DNA of 64,000 nt from a virus, in the IMG/VR virus record IMGVR_UViG_3300042563_002443; one strand, written 5' to 3'. The notes beneath the pieces are model-generated. The model saw only the letters and a program-made list of their open reading frames with translations. It was not told where the DNA came from and made no database searches. The position numbers and the translations under genes were made by a program. Below are positions 18,319-29,176 of the stretch, piece after piece (the first letter of the stretch is position 1; each line of letters starts with the position of its first letter).

Positions 18319-18741
18319 ATGAAAAAAAACATCTTAGCAGAAAATATGCGCCGATTTGGTACGAAAAACTTAAACGAAGATGAAGATCAAAATAACAATG
18401 GATACCCAGATGATTCCGAATCAGTCCTTAAAGGCGGAACTGGAATTGATGGTATTAAACGATCCACCGGGAATAAAGTAAAACAATTTATTAAACTAAT
18501 AGGTAAAGATTCTGTAGATTGGTTTGATAACTTAGATGTTAATTATCTCCCATCACAATATGCGTCAGCATTAAAAAAATTAGGAATTAATCAACATACT
18601 GCATTAGTAGCACCATATGAGCTTCGAGGTAATGATATTAGCGATATTATCAATGCAGCAAATCAATCTAATATACGCTATATTGAAATTTTAGACAGAG
18701 CCGGAGGCGGGCGACTAATTATATTTACATCAAGACAATAA
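18319..18741 (+). CDS. late cassette protein with LAENMRRFGTKNLNE leader (copy 2)
   Basis: ATATTTAT at 18288; shared 43-bp leader; C-terminus unrelated to copy 1. Confidence 0.75.
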   Translation: MKKNILAENMRRFGTKNLNEDEDQNNNGYPDDSESVLKGGTGIDGIKRSTGNKVKQFIKLIGKDSVDWFDNLDVNYLPSQYASALKKLGINQHTALVAPYELRGNDISDIINAANQSNIRYIEILDRAGGGRLIIFTSRQ

Positions 18742-18774
18742 GTTAAAATTAATACTTTTTAAAACTAAGATACG

Positions 18775-18802
18775 GTGCAATCATTAACGGTTGCACTTTT
18801 TT
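18775..18802 (+). terminator. intrinsic terminator
   Basis: GTGCAATC-ATTAAC-GGTTGCAC then T6; followed by the same ACTGTT as the 11678 terminator. Confidence 0.75.
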
Positions 18803-18808
18803 ACTGTT

Positions 18809-18842
18809 TTATAGGTTTGAATATGCAATAAAATTTTATATA
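18809..18842 (+). repeat. 34-bp direct repeat, right copy; overlaps a TTTGAA-N17-TATATT promoter
   Basis: Identical to 18252-18285. Confidence 0.95.
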
Positions 18843-18857
18843 TTATATAAAAAAGTT

Positions 18858-19424
18858 ATGGCAAATCATGTTTATACTCAATTAGACATTGAATTTATAA
18901 ATCAGCAAGATACAGCAAAATTTTCGGAATGGATTGGACATACTCCTACTATTGAAAATACAACGTTTGGTGCACGCATTGAAGCATGTTGCAATATCAT
19001 GTTAGATAATTTATATCCAGACAAACAAGATACCAATGCATACTACATTGAAAATTTAGGTGCTAAATGGATTTATTTTGATGATGTAGATCAGTCTGAA
19101 ACTACTATGCATATTTCATGGACAACTGCATGGGACTTCCCAGAAAAATTATTTTGGAAATTATCTGATTTTCTTCGTATTGAATACCCAGGTGCAAAAA
19201 TACAAGGAACATTTGAAGATGAAGGATTTGGCTTTGTAGGTGCATGTGCATCAAATCAACAATCACGCAATATTGAATATTTTAATCCAGATGAAGAATT
19301 TTTTGAAGGCTCCGAATATAAAGATGAGGATGATTGTTTTACTGATGAATTCTATAATGATATAATTAGCAAAAAACAAGAATTGTTAGATACATGTATT
19401 AACAATATTATTCCAACCATATGA
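18858..19424 (+). CDS. DUF1281/YubB ferredoxin-like-domain protein
   Basis: MANHV...GAKW...WTTAWDFP...FEDEG. Confidence 0.6.
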   Translation: MANHVYTQLDIEFINQQDTAKFSEWIGHTPTIENTTFGARIEACCNIMLDNLYPDKQDTNAYYIENLGAKWIYFDDVDQSETTMHISWTTAWDFPEKLFWKLSDFLRIEYPGAKIQGTFEDEGFGFVGACASNQQSRNIEYFNPDEEFFEGSEYKDEDDCFTDEFYNDIISKKQELLDTCINNIIPTI

Positions 19425-20377
19425 AATCCGGAAATTATTTAGCTCCTATATATCGTTTATCAATACGAGATGCAGCAACCGTACCTAGAAAGATATCATA
19501 TTCTCAATGGTCCATGTATGAACGATGTCCCCTATCCTGGAAGTTGGCATACATTGATGGACTAGCCCCATTCCAAGCATCAATTGATACATGTTTTGGA
19601 ACTGCCTTTCACGAAACATTTCAACACTTTCTAACGGTATTGTATACAGATTCAGTTAAGAAAGCAGAAAACATAAATTTTCAAGAAGTATTGACAAATA
19701 AACTTCGCGAAGAATATGCTCGATGTGTTGCAGAGTCAGGAGGAGTTCATTTTTCAACTGCCTTGCAAATGGCAGAATATTTAGAAGATGGCGTTGCCAT
19801 TTTTGATTGGTTTGCAAAAAGACGTTCACAATATTTTTCTAGCAAAAATTATGAATTAGTAGCAATTGAAATGGAACTATGTACTCCAGCATCAAAAGCA
19901 AATCCATCTGTATTTTGGTATGGGTTTATTGATGTTGTTATTAGACACGTTCCTACCGGCAACATTGAAATATATGATATAAAAACATCCCGACAAGGTT
20001 GGAACAAATATCAAAAAGCAGACAATTTAAAAGCAGCACAGCTAATTGCATATAAAAATTACTTTGCACAACAATTTGGTACGCCTATAGAAAAAATTGA
20101 TGTTGAATTCTTTATTGTGAAACGAAAGATGATTGAAGAATCAATGTTTCCACAAAAGCGAGTGCAAAACTTTAAACCTGCATCAGGAACAGTAACACAA
20201 CGCAAAGTACAAAAACAAATTGATGCATTTGTTGAATCATGTTTTGATTTGGACGGAAATCGCAATGCCGAAAAAAAATATATGGCAATATCAGGTAAAG
20301 GCGATAAAAATTGCAAGTATTGTGCATTCAAAACAGATTATGAAAATTGTCCTAAAGATGCTAGGATTCGTGAATAA
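19421..20377 (+). CDS. PD-(D/E)XK nuclease (RecB/Cas4-like)
   Basis: ISYSQ, CP, GTAFHE, GFIDV, DIKTS, QLIAY, CKYC...CP. Confidence 0.88.
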   Translation: MKSGNYLAPIYRLSIRDAATVPRKISYSQWSMYERCPLSWKLAYIDGLAPFQASIDTCFGTAFHETFQHFLTVLYTDSVKKAENINFQEVLTNKLREEYARCVAESGGVHFSTALQMAEYLEDGVAIFDWFAKRRSQYFSSKNYELVAIEMELCTPASKANPSVFWYGFIDVVIRHVPTGNIEIYDIKTSRQGWNKYQKADNLKAAQLIAYKNYFAQQFGTPIEKIDVEFFIVKRKMIEESMFPQKRVQNFKPASGTVTQRKVQKQIDAFVESCFDLDGNRNAEKKYMAISGKGDKNCKYCAFKTDYENCPKDARIRE

Positions 20378-20395
20378 AATTCATTATAATAATAT

Positions 20396-20608
20396 ATGTA
20401 CAAGCACCAACATGTTTATGTTTATCAATTTGAAATGAATAATCATAGTACCTGGCCAGGCAAACATACATGCAATATGAATTATGTATTATGCACAAAC
20501 ATAACTGATCCGAATCACAAAGAAAATAAAACATTGTTGGAACACATGTTACGTACAATTTATGGGTTTATGCCAAAGTATGTTAAATTTTTATATGAAA
20601 AGAAATGA
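20396..20608 (+). CDS. hypothetical protein
   Basis: ORF after a TAGGAT-N17-TATAAT promoter (20362-20390). Confidence 0.6.
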   Translation: MYKHQHVYVYQFEMNNHSTWPGKHTCNMNYVLCTNITDPNHKENKTLLEHMLRTIYGFMPKYVKFLYEKK

Positions 20609-21009
20609 CACAAATTGCAATAATTGGAAATACAGATTGGCAAAACAAACGCAAAGTACAACAAACACTTCAGGAACTAAAAAAACGATTTAACGAAGAT
20701 TTAATAGTTGTTGGTGCAGGAGGCACTGAAGGAGCAAATAGTATGGTTAGAAAATATTCATTAGAGTTTGGGATACAATACAAAGAATATAATCCATCAT
20801 TTTCAGGACGCAACATGTATTCAGCAATGCCTGATTCATATTATGGAAAGCCATATCATTTTTCTCAGTTGCATCACCGCATGAAACTTATTGCAGAGCA
20901 ATGTGATCATATGTTGATACTAACAAATGAAGATACATTGGATCCAGTATTAAAAACAGCATTCAACAACATAAATAAACTAAAAAAACCGGTTGTTATA
21001 TTGGGTTGA
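20605..21009 (+). CDS. SLOG-superfamily protein (DUF2493/YspA-like)
   Basis: IAIIG, VVGAGGTEGA, R..LIAEQCD. Confidence 0.65.
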   Translation: MTQIAIIGNTDWQNKRKVQQTLQELKKRFNEDLIVVGAGGTEGANSMVRKYSLEFGIQYKEYNPSFSGRNMYSAMPDSYYGKPYHFSQLHHRMKLIAEQCDHMLILTNEDTLDPVLKTAFNNINKLKKPVVILG

Positions 21010-21051
21010 TATATTTATATAAAAGTTATAATAAAAAAGGAATAGTTACAA

Positions 21052-22545
21052 ATGGAATTACCGAAATTACAAAAGTTCGATCCGAACAAACCAACAAAAA
21101 AGAAAATTTTATTGTTAGGCGATGATTTTCGTTTACCATCCGGTATCGGAACAATCAGCAAAGAAATTATTTTTAATACAGTTAAAGAATTTGATTGGGT
21201 TCAATTAGGAGCCGCAATGCAACATCCTGATGCAGGGCAAGCATTTGACCTTTCTGCTGAAGTCGTCAAAGAAACAGGCATTGAAGATGCATCTGTTAAA
21301 TTGATTCCATGGAACGGTTATGGAGATCGAAATATTCTTTTTGCAATTATCAATCGAGAACAACCAGACGCAATCCTACACTTTACAGATCCTCGTTATT
21401 GGACATGGTTATATGCAATCGAACATGAAATAAAAACAACATTCAATATTCCAATTACATATTATTCTATTTGGGATGATTTACCATATCCTATGTGGAA
21501 TGCTCCTTTTTACGGTAGCTGCGATATGATTATGGGAATAAGCAAACAATCAGATAATATACATAGAGAAGTTCTTAAACAGAACGGATTTGGGGTGATT
21601 AATTATGATGAATCAGACGATTTACCGGCAATAAAAAAATGGAACTCTGTTTTAACCGGATATGTACCTCACGGATTGAATCATAACATGTTTAAACCAT
21701 TAGATTCAAACGATGCCGGATATATTGCAATGCACAAACAAATTAAAGATGCAAACAAAGTTGATTTTGTTGTAATGTGGAATAATCGAAACATAAGAAG
21801 AAAACAACCAGGCGATGTTATTTTAGCATTCAAAACATTTGTAGATTTGTTACCAACCGATCAACAAAGCAAAGTAGCATTATTAATGCATACACAACCG
21901 GTTGATGAAAATGGAACAGACCTTAAGGCTGTTTGGAAAGCTATAGCTCCTAATTGTAAAGTAATTTTTTCAGAACAAAAATTATCAACACCTGATCTTA
22001 ATGCAATGTATAATGTTGCAGATGTAGTAATAAACATTGGGTCTAATGAGGGATGGGGACTTAGTTCAACTGAAGCAATGTTGTCAGGAACACCGATTAT
22101 TAACAATGTAACAGGAGGATTGCAGGATCAATGTGGATTTGAAGATGAAAACGGAGAATGGCTTCGATTCGATGGCGATTTTGCAACTAACCATACCGGC
22201 AAATACAAGAAACATGGTATATGGGTTAAACCAGTATTTCCTAGCAATAGAAGTTTGCAAGGATCACCGCAAACACCATATATCTTTGATGACCGCGCAA
22301 AATATGAAGATGTTGCAGACGCAATTGCATATTGGTACGAACTTTCTCAAGAAAAACGTGCAGCGTGTGGGTTCGAAGGAAGAACATGGGCATTAGCTAA
22401 TGGTTTAACGGCAGAACAAATGGGACAAAAAATGATTTCAATGTATCGCGATTTATTTGCAATGAATAGAGAATTTAGACCGTTATACACTGTAACTAAA
22501 ACACAAACAATTAAATATGAACGAACAGGAATAGTAGCACAATGA
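21052..22545 (+). CDS. GT4-like glycosyltransferase
   Basis: NRNIRRKQ, NEGWGLSSTEA, TGGLQDQ. Confidence 0.88.
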   Translation: MELPKLQKFDPNKPTKKKILLLGDDFRLPSGIGTISKEIIFNTVKEFDWVQLGAAMQHPDAGQAFDLSAEVVKETGIEDASVKLIPWNGYGDRNILFAIINREQPDAILHFTDPRYWTWLYAIEHEIKTTFNIPITYYSIWDDLPYPMWNAPFYGSCDMIMGISKQSDNIHREVLKQNGFGVINYDESDDLPAIKKWNSVLTGYVPHGLNHNMFKPLDSNDAGYIAMHKQIKDANKVDFVVMWNNRNIRRKQPGDVILAFKTFVDLLPTDQQSKVALLMHTQPVDENGTDLKAVWKAIAPNCKVIFSEQKLSTPDLNAMYNVADVVINIGSNEGWGLSSTEAMLSGTPIINNVTGGLQDQCGFEDENGEWLRFDGDFATNHTGKYKKHGIWVKPVFPSNRSLQGSPQTPYIFDDRAKYEDVADAIAYWYELSQEKRAACGFEGRTWALANGLTAEQMGQKMISMYRDLFAMNREFRPLYTVTKTQTIKYERTGIVAQ

Positions 22546-23777
22546 GAAAAGTAGTTATAGCGTCGCCAGTAGCGACACAATCAGGTTATGGACATCACGC
22601 GCGTGAAATTATAACAAATATTATTGAACAACGAGGATCTGAATGGGACGTAAAACTAGTTTCATTGCCATGGGGACATACTCCAATGACATATCCAATT
22701 TCCGTAGATTTACAATTACGTATAATTGCATTGCCATTAAATGAACAGCCTGAAGTTTGGATTCAAGTATCAGTGCCAAATGAATTTCAACCGGTTGGAA
22801 AATATAATATTGGAGTTACTGCCGGCACCGAAGGAGATATTTGTCCAGAAGCATGGATCGATAATCTTAATGCAATGCAGTTAATTATTGTACCGTCTGA
22901 ATTTACTAAAGCAGTATTTGAAAACACAGCAAAACAAAAGAACAAATTAATTACGACGCCTATAGAAGTAGTCCCAGAATATTTTGATGAAACCATATAC
23001 AACAACAAATCAATTACAGCTTCTATACCAGACTTAAATTCAATTGAAGAATCATTTGCATTCCTATCGGTAGGACATTGGTTGCAAGGTGATGCTGGAG
23101 AAGACCGCAAAAATATTAGTGGTATGTTGCATTGTTTCTTCAATACATTTAAAGATACTAAAAATCCACCTGCTTTAATCATGAAAACTAGTGGCGCAAC
23201 ATATAGTATTATGGACAAAATGGATATTGAAAATAGAATCAATCAATTCCGTGATATGTTTCCTAATGCAAAATTACCAAATGTATACTTAGTTCATGGA
23301 GAATTAACAGATGAAGAAATGAATGCATTGTATAATCATCCAAAAGTTAAAGCAATGGTTTCTTTTACAAAAGCAGAAGGATTTGGAAGACCATTATTAG
23401 AGTTTTCAACTACCAGCAAGCCAATCATTGCTCCACATTATTCCGGCCAAGCAGACTTTTTGAAAAAAGATTTTATATGTGCCTTACCGGGACAATTGAC
23501 ACCAATTCATCCGTCTGCTGCAAATGAATTTTTAATTGCTGAAGCAAAATGGTTTACTCCTGATTACGGGCAAGCCATGGCTATGATGCAAGATGTACAA
23601 AAAAATTATAAAAAATGGTGTGAATTAGCAAAACGTCAACGATATTTTGTTAATACTACATTTACTCGTACAGCTGTTGCTAAAACATATGAAACTGTGT
23701 TGAGTGTTATTGATGACGGCGTTAACAAGATTCCAAAGGCTATTGAATTAAAATTACCTAAATTGCAAAAGATATGA
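22542..23777 (+). CDS. GT4-like glycosyltransferase
   Basis: SGYG, DRKNI, EGFGRPLLE. Confidence 0.85.
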   Translation: MRKVVIASPVATQSGYGHHAREIITNIIEQRGSEWDVKLVSLPWGHTPMTYPISVDLQLRIIALPLNEQPEVWIQVSVPNEFQPVGKYNIGVTAGTEGDICPEAWIDNLNAMQLIIVPSEFTKAVFENTAKQKNKLITTPIEVVPEYFDETIYNNKSITASIPDLNSIEESFAFLSVGHWLQGDAGEDRKNISGMLHCFFNTFKDTKNPPALIMKTSGATYSIMDKMDIENRINQFRDMFPNAKLPNVYLVHGELTDEEMNALYNHPKVKAMVSFTKAEGFGRPLLEFSTTSKPIIAPHYSGQADFLKKDFICALPGQLTPIHPSAANEFLIAEAKWFTPDYGQAMAMMQDVQKNYKKWCELAKRQRYFVNTTFTRTAVAKTYETVLSVIDDGVNKIPKAIELKLPKLQKI

Positions 23778-24397
23778 AAATAACATATGCCGTTACGGTA
23801 TGTAATGAGTTTATTGAAATTCAAAGACTTGTGCATCACTTACTTAAGAATAAACGAGCACAGGATGACATTGTTATCTTATATGACTCTAAAAACGGAA
23901 ATGCTGATATTGAAACATTTCTCCGGTCACATAGCGTAAATGGAGAATTTATGTGGCACAAGAGTGAGTTTGAAGGCCATTTTGCTAATTGGAAAAATAA
24001 ACTAACTAGCTACTGTACAGGAGATTATATTTTTCAAATAGATGCAGATGAACTACCTACTAAAACATTACTAGAATATTTACCTGATATTATTGAGGGT
24101 AACCCAACAGTAGATGTGTTATTAGTACCTCGAATTAACACAGTAGAAGGATTAACAGATAAACATATTCAACAATGGGGATGGAATGTTAATTCAAATG
24201 GATGGGTAAATTTCCCCGACTATCAATGGCGCATATGGCAAAATAAACCAGAAATTAAATGGAAAAATAAAGTACATGAGGTGTTAGCCGGTTATAAAAT
24301 AATGTCTACATTACCTTCGAAAGAAGAGTATTGTTTACATCACCCGAAAACAATAGATAAACAAGAAAAACAAAATAACTATTACGATACGTTATAG
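23774..24397 (+). CDS. GT2-family glycosyltransferase
   Basis: IDADE, PDYQWRI, VHE. Confidence 0.85.
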   Translation: MKITYAVTVCNEFIEIQRLVHHLLKNKRAQDDIVILYDSKNGNADIETFLRSHSVNGEFMWHKSEFEGHFANWKNKLTSYCTGDYIFQIDADELPTKTLLEYLPDIIEGNPTVDVLLVPRINTVEGLTDKHIQQWGWNVNSNGWVNFPDYQWRIWQNKPEIKWKNKVHEVLAGYKIMSTLPSKEEYCLHHPKTIDKQEKQNNYYDTL

Positions 24398-24402
24398 ATG
24401 AT

Positions 24403-25203
24403 ATGAAAATGATTACTTCGAAATTAATGGGTGGTTTAGGCAATATGCTATTCCAAATTGCAGCAGGATATGCATTATCAAAAAGAACAGAATCTGAATA
24501 TTTAATCAATACACAATATACAAAAATTGGCCATGGACATTCAAGACCAAAACCACCGAGTGATTATCTAGATACAATTTTTAATAAACTTATCCCATAT
24601 ACTCATAACCATAATCTAATTAAATTTCACGAACCAAGTTTTCGATATACGCCAATTGTCAATATTGCATCTAATATTATATTACATGGATATTATCAAT
24701 CTTATAAATATTTTGATGATTTTGATAATGAAATACAAAAATTATTTGCACCAAATGATATTATATTAACTAAATTAAATAACAAATATCCAGTATTACA
24801 AGAAAACACCGTTTCATTGCATATACGTCGAGGCGACTATTTAACATTATCGGATTTTCATCATAATTTATCTATTTCGTATTACTTAAATGCGATTAAA
24901 CAATTTCCTGCAGGAACAAGGTATTTAGTATTTAGTGATGATATTGATTGGTGTAAAACTGTGTTTGTTGGAAATGATTATATATTCATAGAATCAGAAT
25001 CTGATATAAAAGATTTATACTTGATGTCTTTATGCAAACATAATATTATAGCAAATTCCACTTTTAGTTGGTGGGGTGCATGGCTTAATTGTAATCCAAC
25101 TAAAACAGTAATATATCCCAATCGATGGTTTGGGCCTATAACTATTAATAATTTATCAACAATAGATATGTTCCCAGAAAATTGGGTATGTATTAATGAA
25201 TAA
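24403..25203 (+). CDS. GT11 alpha-1,2-fucosyl/colitosyltransferase
   Basis: GGLGNMLFQ, GYYQS, HIRRGDY, FSDD, NSTFSWWGA. Confidence 0.92.
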   Translation: MKMITSKLMGGLGNMLFQIAAGYALSKRTESEYLINTQYTKIGHGHSRPKPPSDYLDTIFNKLIPYTHNHNLIKFHEPSFRYTPIVNIASNIILHGYYQSYKYFDDFDNEIQKLFAPNDIILTKLNNKYPVLQENTVSLHIRRGDYLTLSDFHHNLSISYYLNAIKQFPAGTRYLVFSDDIDWCKTVFVGNDYIFIESESDIKDLYLMSLCKHNIIANSTFSWWGAWLNCNPTKTVIYPNRWFGPITINNLSTIDMFPENWVCINE

Positions 25204-26050
25204 CATAATTATGGAAATTAACTTATTTGATACGGCATTTGATCATTTAGTAACAGCTGATGGCAAATATTCACACGTTTTCTCTAAAAGCACAAACTAT
25301 ACAACATATGTAAAAAATCAAAGTAATTGGCAAGGAATTACATTGTTTACTGATAGTTTTATAAATTCAGGCACTGCTACCAGAATTAATAGTAAATACA
25401 AGATTGGTTGGTTAATGGAGTCTCGAGAATTACATCCTCATTTTTATAATACGTTTGATCAATATAAAGATCATTATGATTTTGTACTAACCCATGATCC
25501 TGACTTATTAAAAACCTATCCGGAGAAAACTAAAATGTACCCAATTGGCGGCTGTTGGATTAATGAATCCAATTGGAAAATTCATGACAAAACAAAGTTA
25601 GTTTCGATGATATACTCGGGACGACAACAATTAACTGGACATCGATTACGACACGTAATTGCAAATAGATTTCAATCATCTGGGATTGATTATTATGGAC
25701 ATGGATCTGCCAGACCATTAGTCAACAAAGAAGATGGATTACAAGATTATCAGTTTTCAATAATAATAGAAAATTCGAATCAATTAAATTATTTTACCGA
25801 AAAAATTGTAGATTGTTTAGTTGTAGGAACAATACCAATATATTGGGGCTGTCCCAATATATCAGAATTTTTTAATACCGATGGTTTTATTTGTTTTACC
25901 TCAACTGATGAACTAGATGATATTTTGGCATCACTTACTCCAGAATTATATGAATTAAAATTAAAATATGCATATGAAAATTTAGAATTAGCAAAACAAT
26001 ATGCAGTGACAGAAGATTGGTTGTTTAAAAATATATTTACTACGTTATGA
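25196..26050 (+). CDS. GT10-like fucosyltransferase
   Basis: YQFSIIIENS..NYFTEKIVD...GTIPIYWG. Confidence 0.85.
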   Translation: MNNIIMEINLFDTAFDHLVTADGKYSHVFSKSTNYTTYVKNQSNWQGITLFTDSFINSGTATRINSKYKIGWLMESRELHPHFYNTFDQYKDHYDFVLTHDPDLLKTYPEKTKMYPIGGCWINESNWKIHDKTKLVSMIYSGRQQLTGHRLRHVIANRFQSSGIDYYGHGSARPLVNKEDGLQDYQFSIIIENSNQLNYFTEKIVDCLVVGTIPIYWGCPNISEFFNTDGFICFTSTDELDDILASLTPELYELKLKYAYENLELAKQYAVTEDWLFKNIFTTL

Positions 26051-26544
26051 TATTTCCAGAAGTTACCGTATATCAGCCAGATATTTTTACTGATTTTAGG
26101 GGCGATTTATTAACTATTTGGAATCAGGATGACTTTGAACCAAAACTAAATTTTAAACATGATAAAATATCATCATCTAGACAAAATGTAATAAGAGGAT
26201 TACACGGAGATAATAAATCGTGGAAACTAACTAGTTGTTTGTCTGGAGAATTATATTTTATCGTAGTAGACAATCGTTGCGATTCTGTAAACTATCTAAA
26301 GTGGGATTGGATAATATTAGATGACAAAAGCAGAAAACAAGTATTAACTCCCCCTGGGTTTGCAATTGGATTCTTAGTATTAAGCAAACAAGCATTACTT
26401 CATTATAAATGGGCATATGACGGAGCATATGCAGATGTAGATGATCAGTTTACATTAAAATGGAATGATCCTAACATTAATATTTATTGGCCTATTGTTT
26501 CGCCGATATTATCACAACGAGATACAAAAACTAAACTAATATAA
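26047..26544 (+). CDS. rmlC: dTDP-4-dehydrorhamnose 3,5-epimerase family
   Basis: DFRG, IRGLHG, PPGFA, WNDP..NIYWP, LSQRD. Confidence 0.85.
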   Translation: MIFPEVTVYQPDIFTDFRGDLLTIWNQDDFEPKLNFKHDKISSSRQNVIRGLHGDNKSWKLTSCLSGELYFIVVDNRCDSVNYLKWDWIILDDKSRKQVLTPPGFAIGFLVLSKQALLHYKWAYDGAYADVDDQFTLKWNDPNINIYWPIVSPILSQRDTKTKLI

Positions 26545-26548
26545 ATTT

Positions 26549-27292
26549 ATGGAAAAAGAAATTAGAAAATTAATTGTAGACGCAGCATTTCATGCTAAGC
26601 ATGGCCATATGCCTAGCGCGTTATCAATTGTAGATATCATGTGTGCATTACATGAAATCATGACGATAGACGATATTTTTATTTTAAGTAAAGGGCACGG
26701 ATGCTTAGCATATTATGCATACTTGGTTATGTGTGGTGAGTTAACAATTGATGAACTTCGTAACTTCGGTAAGACCGGCAGCAAACTAGGAGGACATCCA
26801 GATAAAAATAAAATTAGCAAAGTATATACATCAACTGGATCGTTAGGCCAAGGCTTACCAACAGCAATTGGGGCAGCATTGTCAAGAAAAATATTAAATA
26901 AACCAGGAAAATTTTATTGTATAGTTGGCGATGGCGAATGTAATGAGGGGAGTATATGGGAAGCTGTGATGTTAGCAGTTGAACATAAATTAGATAATTT
27001 AGTTTGTATTGTCGATTACAATCAATCTCAAATTCGTTCACTACCCGTATCTAATTTGAAAAATAAATTTCAATCATTTGGATGTAACTCAATTGAAACA
27101 AATGGTCACAACATAAAAGAAATTATACAATCATTAATAAATACAAAGGAAAATATGCCTACATTTGTTATTGCGAATACTATAAAAGGAAAAGGAATCA
27201 GCCAGTTAGAATCAAATATGTTTACTTGGCATCATAAAGCTCCTACATTAGAAGAATATACACAATTTATACAAGAAATATATGAGAACTAA
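26549..27292 (+). CDS. transketolase-like, N-terminal (TPP-binding) subunit
   Basis: LSKGHG, GHP, TGSLGQG, GDGECNEG. Confidence 0.92.
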   Translation: MEKEIRKLIVDAAFHAKHGHMPSALSIVDIMCALHEIMTIDDIFILSKGHGCLAYYAYLVMCGELTIDELRNFGKTGSKLGGHPDKNKISKVYTSTGSLGQGLPTAIGAALSRKILNKPGKFYCIVGDGECNEGSIWEAVMLAVEHKLDNLVCIVDYNQSQIRSLPVSNLKNKFQSFGCNSIETNGHNIKEIIQSLINTKENMPTFVIANTIKGKGISQLESNMFTWHHKAPTLEEYTQFIQEIYEN

Positions 27293-28151
27293 ATTCGCGG
27301 AAATTTGTAAAAATATTATACAAGCTGATGACAAATCTGTGATATTAATCGGAGATATTAGTCACTACTTATTACGGGATGCACAAGAATGCGCCCCCGC
27401 AAGATTTTTTAATATAGGAATCTGCGAACAATCGACAGTTAATGTTGCTGCTGGAATGGCACTAGAAGGAATGCGACCAATCATACATACAATTGCGCCA
27501 TTTGTTGTAGAACGAGCATATGAACAAATAAAAATTGGTCTAGGATACCAAAAAACCGATGTAACAATTATTACAGTTGGCGGAACATATGACTATGCCG
27601 ATTTAGGTTGCACACATCATTGTTATAGTGATATTGCATTGATGAGATGCATTCCGGGCATGCATGTATATGAGCCCGGTACCGCTTCTGAATTTGAACA
27701 ATTATTTACTCAATCTTGGTCCAATGGCAATCCTAAGTATTTTCGATTATCAAACCATTCTCATACTCAGAATTTTACAGTTAACTCTGATGAAATTAAT
27801 ATTATTAGAAAGTCTAAAAATAATAAGTACGTTTTTGTATCAGGCCACTTATTAGATGATGTATTACAAGACGACGAAATTGGAATATTATATGTTTCTA
27901 CATTGTCAAATATATCATTAACTTCTATCAATGAAATTTCAAAATTATTTAACAATGAGAGTAAAATATTTTCAGTGGAGAATCATTTTATAACTGGCGG
28001 CTTAGGTGATTTAATAAGTTCTACATTTAATATACCTGTAACTAGAATTGGTATACAAAATAAATTTATTACTGAATACGGGACGTATGATGACTTAAGG
28101 ATTGCTTCAGGTATAGATACTGCCACAATATTAAACAAATTAAAATCATGA
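27282..28151 (+). CDS. transketolase-like, C-terminal subunit
   Basis: NIGICEQ, RAYEQI, GCTHH, VENH..GGLG. Confidence 0.9.
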   Translation: MRTKFAEICKNIIQADDKSVILIGDISHYLLRDAQECAPARFFNIGICEQSTVNVAAGMALEGMRPIIHTIAPFVVERAYEQIKIGLGYQKTDVTIITVGGTYDYADLGCTHHCYSDIALMRCIPGMHVYEPGTASEFEQLFTQSWSNGNPKYFRLSNHSHTQNFTVNSDEINIIRKSKNNKYVFVSGHLLDDVLQDDEIGILYVSTLSNISLTSINEISKLFNNESKIFSVENHFITGGLGDLISSTFNIPVTRIGIQNKFITEYGTYDDLRIASGIDTATILNKLKS

Positions 28152-29164
28152 AACCAGACTACGAAAAAATTATATCACAAATAGATTTATCAAATTTAAT
28201 TAATTCTAATATTTTAATTACGGGTGCTAATGGACTCATTGGAGGTTTTTTGGCAGATTTGTTTGCATATCTAAATGATACATATGACTATAATATTAAA
28301 CTAACATTAACAAGTTTATCGAAGATACCAATCAGGATAAAACATTTATTAATTAGAAATGATGTTACTTATATAAGTACCGATTTATCAGTTGAGGCTA
28401 TAACGATCAAGGATGTTGACTTTTGTTTTTATTGCGCCGGGTATGCACAACCATCAAAGTTTTTATCCCAATCAATGACTACCTTATTACTTAATTCATA
28501 CGGCGTAGCTAATACATTTGATAACATTTTTTTGAGTAATCCAAAAGCAACGTGTATATATTTAAGTAGTTCAGAAATATATTCAGCATCTGATAAACAA
28601 ACAGCCCATACCGAATTAGATAATATCAATATTGATATGAACAATAAACGAAACTTTTATATCTTGGGAAAAGTTAATGGCGAATTAATTGTTAATAATT
28701 TACGGAATCAAGGATATAATGCAATATCTGCCAGAGTTTCATTATGTTACGGCCCAGGAGTGTTAGAAGATGATTCTAGAGTGTTAAGCGAATTAGCACA
28801 GAAAGCACACAGTTTAGATGATGTAATACAATTATTTGATGATGGCAGTGCTAAACGAAGATATTTACATGTTACTGATTTTACATTAATGTTATTGAAT
28901 ATTGCATTGCGTGGCACTCAAAACGTATATAACATATGCGGAGAAGAAGAATGTACTATTTATGATTTAGCTAAAATTATCGGATCTGCTACAAACAAAA
29001 AAATTGTAAAGGGTACATTGAATAATGTAGTAGCTACTTCGGCGCCGAATGTTGTATGGAACTCATTAGATCGATACACCTCAGAATTTGGTAAGTTTCA
29101 ATTTAAATCATTAAATACTGGAGTTATTGAATTTATAACATGGTATAATACAATACTAAAATAA
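28148..29164 (+). CDS. NAD-dependent epimerase/dehydratase (SDR)
   Basis: TGANGLIG, SSSEIY, YILGK. Confidence 0.88.
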   Translation: MKPDYEKIISQIDLSNLINSNILITGANGLIGGFLADLFAYLNDTYDYNIKLTLTSLSKIPIRIKHLLIRNDVTYISTDLSVEAITIKDVDFCFYCAGYAQPSKFLSQSMTTLLLNSYGVANTFDNIFLSNPKATCIYLSSSEIYSASDKQTAHTELDNINIDMNNKRNFYILGKVNGELIVNNLRNQGYNAISARVSLCYGPGVLEDDSRVLSELAQKAHSLDDVIQLFDDGSAKRRYLHVTDFTLMLLNIALRGTQNVYNICGEEECTIYDLAKIIGSATNKKIVKGTLNNVVATSAPNVVWNSLDRYTSEFGKFQFKSLNTGVIEFITWYNTILK

Positions 29165-29176
29165 AAATACAAAAAT

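Noticed and set aside
19421-20377. Cas4 as evidence of a CRISPR-Cas system
   Set aside because: A stand-alone PD-(D/E)XK nuclease typical of phage replication regions; no cas1/cas2 or array
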